Both the position numbers and the translations under genes were made by a program. A DNA stretch of 64,000 nt from Klebsormidium nitens (Eukaryota; Plantae; Klebsormidiophyceae): NCBI GenBank assembly GCA_000708835.1, contig DF236957.1, positions 124,001-188,000 of the forward strand, read 5' to 3'. The notes beneath the pieces were generated by a model. The model searched no databases and was not told where the DNA came from. It saw only the letters and a program-made list of their open reading frames with translations. Numbering within the stretch: the first letter of the stretch is position 1; each line of letters opens with the position of its first letter. Shown here one piece after another: positions 1-12,800 of this stretch.

Positions 1-235
1 AGAAATTAGTCATGGTATGCACAGACGCAGCACACCAGCCCACACCATCAGGTTGAAGGCCTTTTTGCTCCATTCCTACTCTGTTTTGATTTGAAAAGAG
101 CCGGAAATATGTTGTGCCTTTCAGGTTATGGACTAACTTAGATACTTGCGAGAATGCAGACAGGATGCAGGTGCTATGCTACTTCCCCTCACAAAAGAGA
201 CTTCGATCCGCTCAAGCGCACCGAGTTTGACTTAC

Positions 236-2186
236 CCGAAGAAGAGGACGTAACCTAGGGAGACTCCCAACAGAGCGCCGACGATTCCTCCCAGGGGGAT
301 GGCTTTCCAGGGCGTATCGACCCCCACTCCAGCAAGGAACAAGACGGACTCAATCCCCTCACGAAGAACGGCAGTGAAAGCGATGAGGAACAGGGCGTAG
401 GTGATTGTGAACGCAGTCTTGCCTTCGAGCGCCTGCAAGAAAAAGCAGTCTTTTGAGCATCAAAAGAAGCGGTGTTAAGGAGATGTATGGGGGGGAGAGG
501 ATAGCAGAAAATTTGGAAAAACCTCTTGCGATTGTAGGGACTAACAAAAAGGAGCATTGAAAAATGAACTCAGTTACTTTTGCAGGTTCCCCAGACCACG
601 AGATTTGAGGACCAGACTAAAATGTTCAGCTTTACCCAAATAGGAAGCAGCCCTGTCTTCTTGTTAAGAGGCATTGCTACATGTATTCAGACGACAAATG
701 TAAACCCAGAAGCTACACTTTTAAAGTACAGAAAGGCTTCAAAGAGGGACCTTCACTTTCTTCCTCGCAGTCAGGCAAGAAGCAACAGAAACCAGACCAC
801 GGTTGAAAACCTCAGTCTGTTACTTTTGACACATGAAAAGCGCAGAAGGAGGATATGCAAAACACGAAGAAACAAACCCCGTACTCTTTCCCTTTACCTC
901 GAGCGCGGACTTCTTGAGCTTGCGGTTCCACTTGTCCTGGAGCGCCATCATCTTGAGCATGCCAAACGCGAGGATTGTGATCATGACCGACGCAATGACG
1001 GATATGACGCCCTCAAATATCTGCTCGCCTTTGCCCTCAAAGACCTCGTTATCTGAAGAGTGCGAGCGGAGAGTCAGCTCAGACCTTTTCACATCCCTGC
1101 ATGTTTGTGCAAGAAATCAATCCGGAATAATCTGAATTGGATCGAACAAAGAGACATTGACCGCCGCTCGTTGACGTCTCAGCGATGCGGTTTCATCCTT
1201 GGAGGCACCGAGGATTCTCAGTCCCCTGTGGATGGCTGAGGCGGATCAAACTTGCGATGATAAGGCTGGCGGCAAGCAGGAAAACAGCACATCTAGGCAC
1301 TGAACCAGCATCATTTCTTCCAGAGGCCTTTGCTTGTGATTCAGATTCTGGTGGAGGGAAGTTGCATGCTGGATGGGTGGCTTGTGCAGCCCTCACCTAG
1401 TGTGTAGTAGATAACAATGAAGATGACTGCAAATATGATGGAGAGGAGAAGGCCCAGCCCCGCGCCAAACCATACTGCAACAGAACGAAGTGCGGTTAGC
1501 ATAATGCAGGGACAGAACGCTGAGAGAGATTAGGTCAAAGTAAGGGACACACCATGGCTTGACGGTGGCAAAGTGTGGCTGCCGGAAGACCGAGATTATT
1601 AGGATTCTACCAGACGCATTGGCGGAGACAAACTGGTCAAGACAACAGAATGTTGGGAAAGTTTCAAAGCTCTTTTGGGGTCGCAGAACAAAAGGCGCAC
1701 CTTGCAGGTTTTTCAAAAGCTTGCAGCTTGAGAGGTACACTGACAATGCTTGAGCAGCGACCAGCTACCCAAAGGTGGGTAACAATTGAGAGTTTTGGTT
1801 TCTGGCACTCTTGGCATATGTTGCTCTGGGAGCTCTCTAAGAAAGGCACAGGAAAGGCACTACAAACCATCCACTGCAAGGGAGCTCCACGAGCCACATT
1901 GGCGTTGCTCAGGTCATCAGAAGGGAGCGCCTCATTCCAATCACTCTACCACCAGTCAACTTCAGCAGTCAGTTGTCTCTCGTGCATATATCTTCTATGT
2001 GATATCAGAAGTTTGCAAATCTGCGTCAGAATGGGTGCCGCCCGCCACCTCACCTTGTTTCTTGAGGTGCGTCTTGCCGGTCTTGGCGACGTATTGCAGC
2101 AGCACTGCCAGGATGACGGCGGCCTCCATACACTCCCGGAACATCACAAACATCGCCGTCACGCTGAAGTAATCGTTACCCCCCAT
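236..2186 (-). CDS. FTR1: High-affinity iron permease (FTR1 family), 3'-partial
   Basis: Phase-compatible GT-AG exons 2186-2054, 1474-1397, 1052-898 and 432-236 give MGGNDYFSVTAMFVMFRECMEAAVILAVLL...VWFGAGLGLLLSIIFAVIFIVIYYTL...FEGVISVIASVMIT...FTAVLREGIESVLFLAG. Both RExxE motifs (RECME, REGIE) of FTR1 are present. The last exon seen ends at a GTAAG donor and no further exon was found in 1-230. Confidence 0.9.
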
Positions 2187-2685
2187 CGTGGCAGAACTGC
2201 GGCACCGGCGCAAAGGCTGGGAGATAGGGACGGTGAGGAAGAATGAGCTGCAATGTGGGCGTTACGGTTGTGCTTGCTTGTCTGCAGCACTGGAGCGGCG
2301 GAGTGGGGGGCGACGCAACTTTGCCACTTTTAGCTACTGCACTTGTTTTGCGCTTTGACAATGGAAATGGCGTGCAGAAATTTGCTTCTCTGAATTGCAA
2401 CCTTATCCAAATTCGGCGTGGCTGCTGAAGGGGACCTCTCGAACTGGTAGAGAAACAGTTTGCTTCCAGGCTGTCAGACAGAACTCTGCAGCCACCATAA
2501 ATATAGGTAGCTAGCTGCCGTAGCACGAATGCTGCACAAGCCTTGTCTTCACCAAATGACCAGAATGTGCTGGTCTCTTATCATTTGATAAGCAGGAGTG
2601 TGCTCACCCGACATTGACACGAGTGGGCTGTTGACAGACGCACTGCGCTCTCTTGTCCACCTATGGCCACTGCCACTGCCACTGG

Positions 2686-3079
2686 CAGTGTTCGTGGCGA
2701 AACCTAATTGATTTCGCCAATTAGGTTTGCGCATTAGTTTGCGCATATTCGCGCAAACGGAGGAGTTTGCGCAGGCTGGCGAAATTAAGCGCGGCCACGC
2801 GGCCGCGCATAGGCGCGCAAGCGTAAAACGCCTGTGTCAATGACATTCTGGGCTCATGTGGCACTTACATTTGACCTTGTATGAGCAGTCTGCCTTCGAG
2901 GCGGATGATAGCTAGGTTAGCGTCAGACCATCACCTATTTTGACACCAAGTCATAGGCTGGGGCACCCGCAATCGCATAAGCATACAGATGATTTCGCCA
3001 ATTTCGCCAATTAGGGTGAATTTGCGCTTCAGCAATTTGTGTTTGCGCATTTCCGAAAACAATTTCGCCACGATCACTA
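2686..3079. mobile_element. Non-autonomous hAT-like MITE (no clear TSD)
   Basis: Left end CAGTGTTCGTGGCGAAA pairs with the reverse complement of the right end, TAGTGATCGTGGCGAAA. Subterminal TTTCGCCA/TGGCGAAA and TTTGCGCA motifs cluster at both ends. The 8-bp flanks do not match; only TGG is duplicated. Confidence 0.55.
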
Positions 3080-3552
3080 TGGCTGAACATGTGCTTTTAG
3101 GGTTACCAGTTGTGTACCTTGGGTCCAACCGAAGTAACGCATTCGACGTCTGCAAGTAAAATCTAAGAAATATGCCGTATAGACTGAGGATGTCCTCACC
3201 GTATGCATTCACAGCAAGCTTCCTTAAGGCGGCAAGTAGACTTGAAGCTTCAATCGAATATGATATCTGAAAAATATGAAGACATCCTACCGTAGTCTGC
3301 CAGTATTTATCTGCTTGTATCATATATGTATATGAGGAACCCCAAACGGCCGCATGGAGCATAGGCGTACTTCCTATAATCATATGGGATTACGCCACCA
3401 TACATAATCATATGCTACGGCTACAGCATATGACACTTGATTCTTGAATATATTTGGGTATGGTGTCATGGACCCACCTCTACATGTGCCAATTTGTAGG
3501 GCTACCGCAGCTCCTGAATCCTTGAGTGTACTTAGATACCTTGGTACCGAAG

Positions 3553-3752
3553 ATACCGGTAACTCTTCTGTGACCTAACGGGCGTGTGACCTAAGATACG
3601 AGTAATCCGGGCACTTCAAATTAAATAACCTAACCCAATTAATCACCCGCTCCGCACACCAACCCACCCTAACCACCATACCAACCCCACCCGTCCCCCG
3701 GGTGCCTATCTTAGGTCACACGGCTCTTAGGTCACTCGAGAGTTATCGGAGT
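3553..3752. mobile_element. Mutator-like MITE, 200 bp, with ~45-bp imperfect TIRs and a 9-bp TSD
   Basis: GTACCGAAG occurs at 3544-3552 and 3753-3761. Each TIR holds two GTGACCTAA subrepeats (TTAGGTCAC on the right). A 9-bp TSD with long TIRs is characteristic of MULEs. Confidence 0.75.
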
Positions 3753-3783
3753 GTACCGAAGCCTGTAGGTAGGTACCTACTAC

Positions 3784-4341
3784 CAGGGATGCGGACAGGA
3801 TTTTGCCCCGGGGCGCTTCTGCGCCCCGGGCCTTTGCCCTGGGGCGCTGGCCAGCTTCGCTGGGGCGCAGAAAGTAGTACCGGGCTCCAAATACGCCCGG
3901 TTCCCTTATCACGTGCTATATTACGGGCCTGCATGAGACGCCTTATACTCCTCCAGAAGTTGAATTATCTATGGTACTTATTGGATCAAAACGCTACTGA
4001 CTACACTTCGCTTATACAGGCAGTAGTTGCAAATATGTATAAGAAGATTTTCTCATCTGGCACAAATAGTCAGATAATGATCCGATAAAATGCTGGCAAG
4101 TAGGCACTTATAATACTGAGATGCTCATCCAAATCGTCAGCCAGCGCTTATGGCATATGTCATCTCACCTGTAGTATAGCCTGTTCAAATTTTACCACAT
4201 AAAGTACCGAATATAGTCCATATTCATGCTTAGGCCCAGATTTGCCCGGGGGCGCTTCTGCGCCCCGGCCCTCTGCCCGAGGGCGCAGGATATTTCCCGG
4301 GGGCGCTCCGCGCCCCATTCTGCGCCCCGCCAGCACCCCTG
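3784..4341. mobile_element. hAT-family MITE, 558 bp, with an 8-bp TSD
   Basis: Ends are CAGGGATGCGG...CAGCACCCCTG. The exact TSD CCTACTAC lies at 3776-3783 and 4342-4349. GGGGCGC/GCGCCCC subterminal repeats are dense at both ends around an AT-rich middle. Confidence 0.8.
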
Positions 4342-7300
4342 CCTACTACCGGTACCTAGTACAAACTTGTACAACCTGATGACAACATTTCTCTCCAGCA
4401 GATATGTTTTGTTTAATGACCACATTCTGCAATGGCAACATTCAGTAACGGTCTGACAATATACCGTTACCGAGTGTCTCAACCAATCAGGTGCGCCCAT
4501 GCTACCGCTAATCGTGTGACTTTCCCGGAATCGACGACTGCAGCGTACGCACAGCACACGCATACGCGGTCGCGGTACGTGTTCGGCAAGGGACTCTAAC
4601 CCAGCCTTGCCTCCTTAACCGTGCCTTTATTCAGGGTTACAAGGGACGGCGGCGGGCGCGCGCAGGAACTTGCCAGTAACCGCGCTGCAGTCTTGCAATC
4701 ATGGTCACTACGGTCTACCGTGCTGTTTGGTCCGCTGTTCGCCATTAGAAACAGAATACCTACCTAGTTGCAGAGATAGCCTTTACTGCCGTGATACAGT
4801 GACACCATGTCCTGATCCCCGCCCTCGCTGTATGTTTCGCAACAATGTCGAAACTGGAAGCCCTTTGGCATATGTGTACGACGTCGTTTCTGCCTTTACT
4901 ACGGTAGTGATATAAGTGCTCATGAGAAGAACGGCCCGTGCTCAGTGCTGGATTGAGCTGGACAGCAACGTCCATTTGCGGCCGTGACGCCATCATCATG
5001 GCGATTGTGACGCCATCATCTTGATGGGCAGATGCATCTTGAAAGCAGTATAGAAGCCTGATGAATGTTCACGACACACCTACCATACGTCCGTGTTTTG
5101 ATAACAGCACAAAAGCAGTAGTACTGCAACGTCTCCGTCACTACTCGTTCCCAGATTGCACGTCGGGTTGGCGTAGTGACAGCGCTGCTAGCGTGGTCTA
5201 TCCCCGATTTGCTGTTGTCTACTTTGGAAGCACTGTCGATCGACTCTGCAAAACGAGCCGTAGGCCATATTCGAAAACTTCTGAAGTTACCAGATCAGTT
5301 CCGACATCACCTCAGCTCCTGAGCAATACCGGAGCACTGGCAGTATCCAGGTCGTCTCGTCCTTGAACAACAGTCCTGCATGCAGCTGGCAAAAGGGTCC
5401 CTATAGCAGTTAGACAGTTAGACATCTCTAAGGCATCTCAGAAGGGGCTAACGGGCAGTGCTTACAGTTCAAGTATTCTTTTTGTGCAAAATCATGGTAC
5501 CTAATTTGTACGTACACCAGTGATTCTTCTAAAACCGAAAGGCTGACGGCGGTTCTGATCCATAGGGCATCATGCATAACAAGATGACGCCACTGATCCG
5601 GCTGTACTGGCAAGGACTTGCAACGGATTGATTAACGACGTTTATCAATTACAGTTTGTTTGCAAAGCCACATTTAAGATCGTAATATTCTCTGGTCGTC
5701 CGAAAGCCGATTGCTAAGTTCGCAGCACGGCATGCATACCGGTCCTTGAAGTGCAGTGTCTCGCCGGCTACAGTGGGATATTCTGTTACTTTCCAGGGAG
5801 TGTATGTCTCCATCTGTGACATGGGATCATTCGATCAAATATGTGCGCACATACTAGCAAAAAGTTGCGCCTGAGCGCCTGATTGAAACCGTTCAAGGCT
5901 GACAAGATGACATTTCTACAATTCGGATTCGTTTCGTCATGACCCGGCCTTCTAGTTGGGTTGCGGGTGCGTTCAGATATGAAAGTACGAACAGAGCTGG
6001 AGTACGGCCTGGATAATCAGCACCAACAGCTATTTCCACTACATGCGGCATTGACATGGTATCACCCAGCGCTGTGCATGTGGGAAGCTAATCTTGGGAT
6101 CCTTACAAGAATGAAACTGTCAACCATATTTGTATGCAGAGAGCCGATTCGTGTCTTTTTCGGGGAAGTCATCAAACGAGTGTTCTGGGTCCAGATCGGT
6201 ATGGGGAGACTAGTGAATCTAGCGATGTTGGACGAAGCACCAGAACGGGATTAGCAACCGCTTGTAATCTTAATCCAGCCGTTCTTGCTGGAACTGTGCT
6301 TGTTGAAAACAGGGTGATGACGTTGAGCTGACCAACTGCCAGATCCGACTCACGTTTTGAAAGTGGTAACTGGAAGCGTTAGCGCCAATTTTCGCGCTTA
6401 CAAGCATCATATGTAGCACCCAGATGTCTGATATGCCTAACTCAGCCCACAACTTCCAGACATCAGGAGAAGCTACTTCAACTTTGTCAGCCCAGACTCC
6501 TGTCAGATTCAAACTGGGCCCGGCGCCAAACGGTTTGTTTTCGGCTGTCTTTTTGTGAGCAGCCCGTAAAGTAAGCGTACAAACCTTTCTCCCGTTCTGG
6601 ACTTGAAACTCACCCAGCCTTCGCCCTCGCTTCATTTCTGACGCACTTTGCTTCTTCTCTTTTCCCTTTTCGGCGTCGGTTGTCTAGATTTCAACCTGCC
6701 TCTCAATCTCGTTCTGCCCTCCACTTCGAACGAGTTCACCTGGTCCTCTGCAAAGTTCGCGACTCAGTCGCACCGCGCGAATTGCGAGCGTGCTCGGCTA
6801 CCACGTACTCAGGCTCGTGACTCATCGACTGTACAGAGCCTTAGGTGGCGCAATTTATTCAGGTACCGATGCACGCAAAAGTGGCCGGAAGCTCTTGCTT
6901 CCAATCAAACAAAGTTGATTAGCTGATCTGTATTAAGTAACACGTGAAAAGCACGAGGAGCGGCAGTCAAGAGAACCGAACGTCCACGTATTGACCTTCA
7001 AGTGAACCAGTACTAGAGTTGAATTTCGTGTGCTGGAACCCGGCGGTCACAATTTGATTTGGGGTCAGACGACAGCTCTTTCTAGTCAATGTCGTCTATC
7101 CTTCTGCATGAGTTCAGAAATAAGTAGGCTCAATGGCGTGTTCGCTAACGTCAACGCTACAAATAAAGTACAAGACCCAAAGTCGAACGGGGTCAAGCTT
7201 GGTACATGGTCGAATTCCGGCATGGGTCCCAACTCCGCTGCCGCGCTCCGCCACCGCGCTCCGCCACCCGAACGCTCCGCTGCCACCGGGCACACTCCCC

Positions 7301-9829
7301 TTCCAAAATTCCGCCGTCGACCAGGCCTGGACTCCTACCTGCTTCGCCACGCTCCCGGCGGTTCCGCTGGCTCCGTGCTCCGGTTCCGTTCAGCTCTCGC
7401 GCTTGACCTCGTCGCACGACACACGGTCTGCCGTCGAACCGTTCCGCTGCTCGACGGCCTCGGTCCGTTCCGCTGCTGTTGGGCGCCCCGTTCTTTTTGC
7501 TGGATCCGTTACAACGCGCGCTTCAATGGCCGTTCGGCTCGCCGGCGGCCCCGTTCCGGTCACCTTCCGCGGCACGCCGGGGGAGCTGCAGCGAGTCCCA
7601 GTCACACCTTTCCGCTCATCCGGTGTGCCCTTATCCAGTTCCGGAACGACTTTTCAACTGCTCCGGACCAAGCTGTACCTTCGCCGGGCGCCGTGTTTAC
7701 ATTCTGCTGCGTCCGGGCAGATAATTCCTCCAGACGTTTCCGCCGAAGAACTTGATTCGATCCGTTCCAGCGTGCTCTAGCCGGACGGTTTCACCGCCGG
7801 CGCCCCAGCTCCATTCCGCGCGCACGCGCGCGCTCCCTGCGCCTTTTGCTGCAGCGCTCTAAAGGTCGCAATCTTGCGCTCCCTCCCCTCCCAAACACCG
7901 CCGTTCCGAGCCCCCCGCTTCTCTGCTGCACACGCCTACGGCTCCCTTTCCGCTGCTCCGTTCTGCCAGCAGCCCGGACTCCTTCAAGTACCTTTAACGC
8001 ACCCCGATCACTTCGCTCTGCAGTCTGCAGCGTGCCCCGGTTCGGCTGCTTTCAGTGCTGCAGAGCGATCTGATCCGGATGAAGAATGTCTTGGAGTGCG
8101 CGCGCGCGCGCTTGTGCCAGTCGAACCTGGTCGGCCGAATTTCAGAAGTGACGATATGCAGCTCGACTATGCACAGGCCACCCCCATCATGATATGGGTA
8201 CTCCGGCCGCCACCTTGTTGTATGGTGATTGAAAGGTATGCCAGTGAACGGCACCTTCCGGTGTGGTTCTAGGACTGTTCAGCTCACGATAACGAGGCAG
8301 GCGTAAAGCTTTTTCCTCTCTGGGGAACGACTGAAGCAATTGCTCAGGCTGACAACAACTCCCGGAGAACAGCCTGAAACGAGAAGTGCAGAGATCCGCA
8401 GCCGCGCACTGTCTCTGGCGCCACATCCGTTCGCGAGAACGCCGTCGCCCCCATAAATGAGTTAATCTGCTTACTGGAGTTGTCCGGTTTGACTGAGGAT
8501 ATATTGAGAGGCAGCGCTCTCATTAACGGCGGCCTGATTGGAGCACTATTTTTCTGTGGAGAAATATGCAGGTATGTAACTCAAGCACTCCGATTTAGCA
8601 TTGAGTAGCTAGACCTGAGTGCATTCGTATGCAGAGTGCAGCATAGCTACTTTGTTATTTTTACTGGTAGACACTTGCAGCTCTCAGCATCTCGTAAAAA
8701 TCTCAAGCTTGCAGTATCTGGAAGAACATTCGCACGCGAGACACGTCGGTCGATTGATATGCATGATTATGATTATATTATGCAGGAACAAAATTACCGT
8801 CAGATCCAAGCGACTCATGGAGCACACAGCGGATTCGTTTCCGCAGAAAGTGCAGTCGAGAAGGACGGTGCCAGGTGGCGGCCAGTCAGTCAGTCGCTGA
8901 AGATGAAATGAATTACCTAGCATGGTTTTGCATCCGTTACGGAATTAGTAACAATCACAACCTCGAAACATTCAAAGGTTCTACAACCTACACACAAGAC
9001 ACGACACTGATTCTTGACATGCGCTGGACAGGACTCACAGCCCTTAAATGTATCTGCACGAACTTAGGATTCCACTGCCGAGTTCTTGAGCATGACGACC
9101 AATACGGACGGGCTACGCACGTGTTTCCATTCTGCTGAGAAGGCAGTGCACATGACATTGATATAAAGTATCAGACGATGGCCCTTGATAAAAGCAGTTT
9201 TCAACTGTCCCACGGCTACTAGTAGGAAGATTGCTGCTGCGAATCTTGTACTTAGACTACGTATGAATAAGCTGACAACCTAACGACCCCCGTATACAGA
9301 GCATACTCGCTCCGATGAGAACCGTACGTGAAAGATAGCAAAGACTGCTTTCCGTCTTTCACTGGAAAAGTAGCGTCTAATAGTGTCTATAATCTTACCA
9401 ACAACTGACTGCATTTTCTCACGTAGCTATACAACAGAACGCTGTCTTAGGGCGGTCAGTACCTTATGCCAGCACCACTATGGGGTGCTTATATTGAAAT
9501 TCGGATTACACCCCAATAGACTGCTTTGATTTACCTGCCCCCGGCGTATGTTCGCACCGGCCCAATCTATCGCCGTCTTACTCTTATTATCAGATTCCCA
9601 GCTTCCGACGCCGTATACATACGAAACAAACCTCGATTTGTCGTCAGACGAGCTCGATTATGCAGAGTCTCCTCCCTTCTTTTCTTGCCACATAACCCCC
9701 CAACGTATTATAAACTCACTGCCCCTTTCCTCATCTGTGCCAACCCAACCTTGCACGTACTCTCCCCCCTCACTCCGGGCTGTTTCTTACCCCCCCAAGA
9801 CCTTCTCACACTGTTTCCCTCCGCGCGCA

Positions 9830-12800
9830 TTACTGCGCGCTTCCGTTCGCCAACTCAGCCTCCGTCTTCCCCTTTCTGGGCGGCCCGATCTTCTGGTCGC
9901 CGTGGACGGTCTTGTCGTATCCGTACCACCCGTGCACGGACTCGTCATAAGTGTCGCCCTCGCCCCAGAGGGCATATGCGTCCTCCCCGTGCGCCGCCTC
10001 GTCGCCGATCTGCGGGAGAAATTTCGATTCTTTAACTTTCGATTCCGTAAACGTGAAGAGGCCATGGATGTAGCGTCTCGAGAAAGCTGCCCGTTTTTGT
10101 GTGGATTGACTTCGACTTGTCTCTCTCAGCAGAAAATTGAGTGACTTGACACTAAACTCTTCTCTGGAAGAGGCAGGCAGCTTCTCCCGAGCAGCCTTGA
10201 AAAGGTCATTCTACCGGGCAACACGAAGTAAAAAGCCTCGACCCAAACATTCATGCGTTTCGCACCTAGTCTCACCAGAAGCCCCAAAGCTAAATAACCC
10301 CACCCGTTCCTCATCGAAACTTGACCTCACGTTTCGTCACCTTTTACTAGAACTAGAGTTGAGACTTTACCTCCAGATGCTCGTCGCTCATGCGCAGCGG
10401 CACGCGGCAGATGATCTTGATGAAGTTCATGATGAGTGACGTCATGATGATGTTCCAGCCGATGATGAAGAGCGCCCCCACGATCTGCTTGCCCACCTGG
10501 GTTTGGAAAAGGGTTTGAAAAGGGTTAGAGATACATTTCAGGGCGGGTTACCTGGAAGACCGCTCGCGCGCTGTGCTTGGAGAATGGCTTTCAGATGTAT
10601 CTTTGAGAAGGCTTTTGAGAAGGTTTGATCATGGATTCCAAGGAGGCCGGAGCGGAGAATGGGTTGAGTAATTCGAAGCCGACGCACGACGAGCAAAGAA
10701 CCAGCTTCACGCAAATGCTCATCAGACGGTTTGGCAGCTTGCGAGAGTAATCAACAGAACGTCCTGAGAAGCAAGAACGTCAGAACACTTCTGATCGACG
10801 GAGGCATCATATCCGATGGACCACAAGGAAAGCAAGCGAACGGTCTGAGCTCAAGGGAGGAGCGAAAAACCGTTCTGCGCGACAACCGGCAGGCTCAGGA
10901 GACTGGAGCTCAGAAAGTCACAAGCATATGGGACGGAAAGGACGCTCGCTCACGAAACCTCTGAATGCTGACGTCACCCATCTCCCCGAAGTTCCTTGAA
11001 TGCGTTTGAACTGAGACGGGGCGGGAATCGCAGCGGCGTCTCGGTTTGTTGAAACGTCAATCAGCTGACAAGCCAGCCTCGTCTGCTGACGTCAATGCCT
11101 GGCCGGACCCCCTTTGGATGAGCCTGTGCAACGGCAGCGGCGTCTCGAACTCACCAACCTACCAATTCTACTCACCAAGGCAAAAATCTTGTTTGCTGAC
11201 GTCAAGTACCTGGCCGATGCTCCCCTGGATGAGCCCATACAACGGCAGCGGCGTCTCGAACTCAAAAACTCACCAACGCGTGCCACTCAGCAAAGAAACA
11301 AAGCAAGCCAAAAATCTCCCCTTTGCTGACGTCACGTACCTGGCCGATCCCCCCCTGGATGAGCCCGTACGACGGCAGCGGCGTCTCGAACTCGGCGGCC
11401 AGCTTGCGCATGGTGAACACGCCCGCGAGAACGCCCCCCATGACGCCCGCGAGGGCGTGGGTATGAATAATCCCGAGCGTGTCGTCGATGTGGTACAGGA
11501 ACTTGACCTTCTTCTGGAGTACCATCATGGAGTACCACGGGATGGAGCCGGACAGAATGCCGTTCACAATCGAGGCCCAGCCCGGGATGAAGCCTGCATT
11601 TTAGGGGGGGAAGAGTGAGAGGAGGGGCGGGGCCAGTCAGAAATCTGTTTCCAGGGGGTGGAAAAACGTTGGGTTCTGTGGGGGAGAGAGTGGGATACTT
11701 TGGGGGTGAGGGTGAGGCATACTGGGAAACGGACACTGTACCACGGAATGGAGCCGGACAGGATGCCATTCACGATAGCCGCCAACCGGGGATGAAGCCT
11801 GGGGAAAAAAGTGGCCGTTCTGTTGACTTTATGTGACAGGATAGAGACGTTGAGGAGCAAAACGACTTCAGGGGAAGAAAAGACGGGACGCTACAAGTAT
11901 CCGAATGAAACTCAAGATCGGGCGCACTTTCGGGAACGTTCTCGTACGTCAAAGCAGGAACCTTTGGCAGCTCGGTCAGCTCCTCCTTCGTGTTTCTCGA
12001 GCGGAACATTGTTCACATCAAGCCGCTCTATGCTGACGCCCACATCGAAGTTTCTCCCCACCATTTTCCAGGCGACGGAACGTGGCTTCGAACAAAGCTC
12101 TGAACTCGAATCTGTGTGGACGAGACGTCACCTGCTCCAGGTGTGATGACGACGAGTCCCGTGATGATCCCCTGAACGGCACCGATGCAGGACGGCTTGC
12201 CAAAGTAGAGAGTGTCACAGAGGGTCCACACCAGCATGCTGGTGGCAGCCGCGATGTTGGTCTGCAGAGGGAAAAGAGTGTCAAGTTCGCACTTGACACC
12301 AGATCTCCATGTCCTCACCGTGGCTGTCACAGTCAACGGAAATGCTCTTTGAGTGAATGATGTACAGATTGAGCCTTGAGGCGCGAGGTTCTGAGGGAGT
12401 TCCCTCTCCGAGAGGGAGTTGCCAACTCGGGTACTTGCGTCAGCTGCCAATTGGTAATAGCTGGCACGTCTCAGTGTCTGATATAGTGAAGAGAGGCGAA
12501 ATCAAGTGGGCTTCTGAAGGGATCGAAGCCTTCCACTTTCGTCACCAGGATCTCATCAATGGTCTGCGTGCTAGAAAGCAGTCGTTGATGCTTATTTCGA
12601 TCTCGATCTCGTTATTTCCAACCGACATGGCAAGAAGAGCTTGAAAAACCACTCAGTGACAACCTACTATCACTCTTGAAGTTCGTCATGGTTTGGCGCA
12701 AGACTCCGTTAGGATAGCACAGGGGTGTGGAAGCATATTACCTTTCGAAAATGCATGTTCTGAAAGTATGCATGTTCCTTTCAGAAGATGAAATCTACCT

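Noticed and set aside
3625-3700. Telomere-like CTAACC/CCCTAA motifs (also 16345-16410 and 29940-30000)
   Set aside because: Isolated and imperfect, and part of the MITE core rather than a tandem telomeric array.
7030-7780. 241-aa and 215-aa ORFs in a GC-rich tract
   Set aside because: Low-complexity R/P/A/S translations expected from GC-rich DNA, with no domain or splice support.
9548-10144. 198-aa plus-strand ORF
   Set aside because: Largely the antisense shadow of the last AMT2 exon and its 3' flank, with no recognisable motif.
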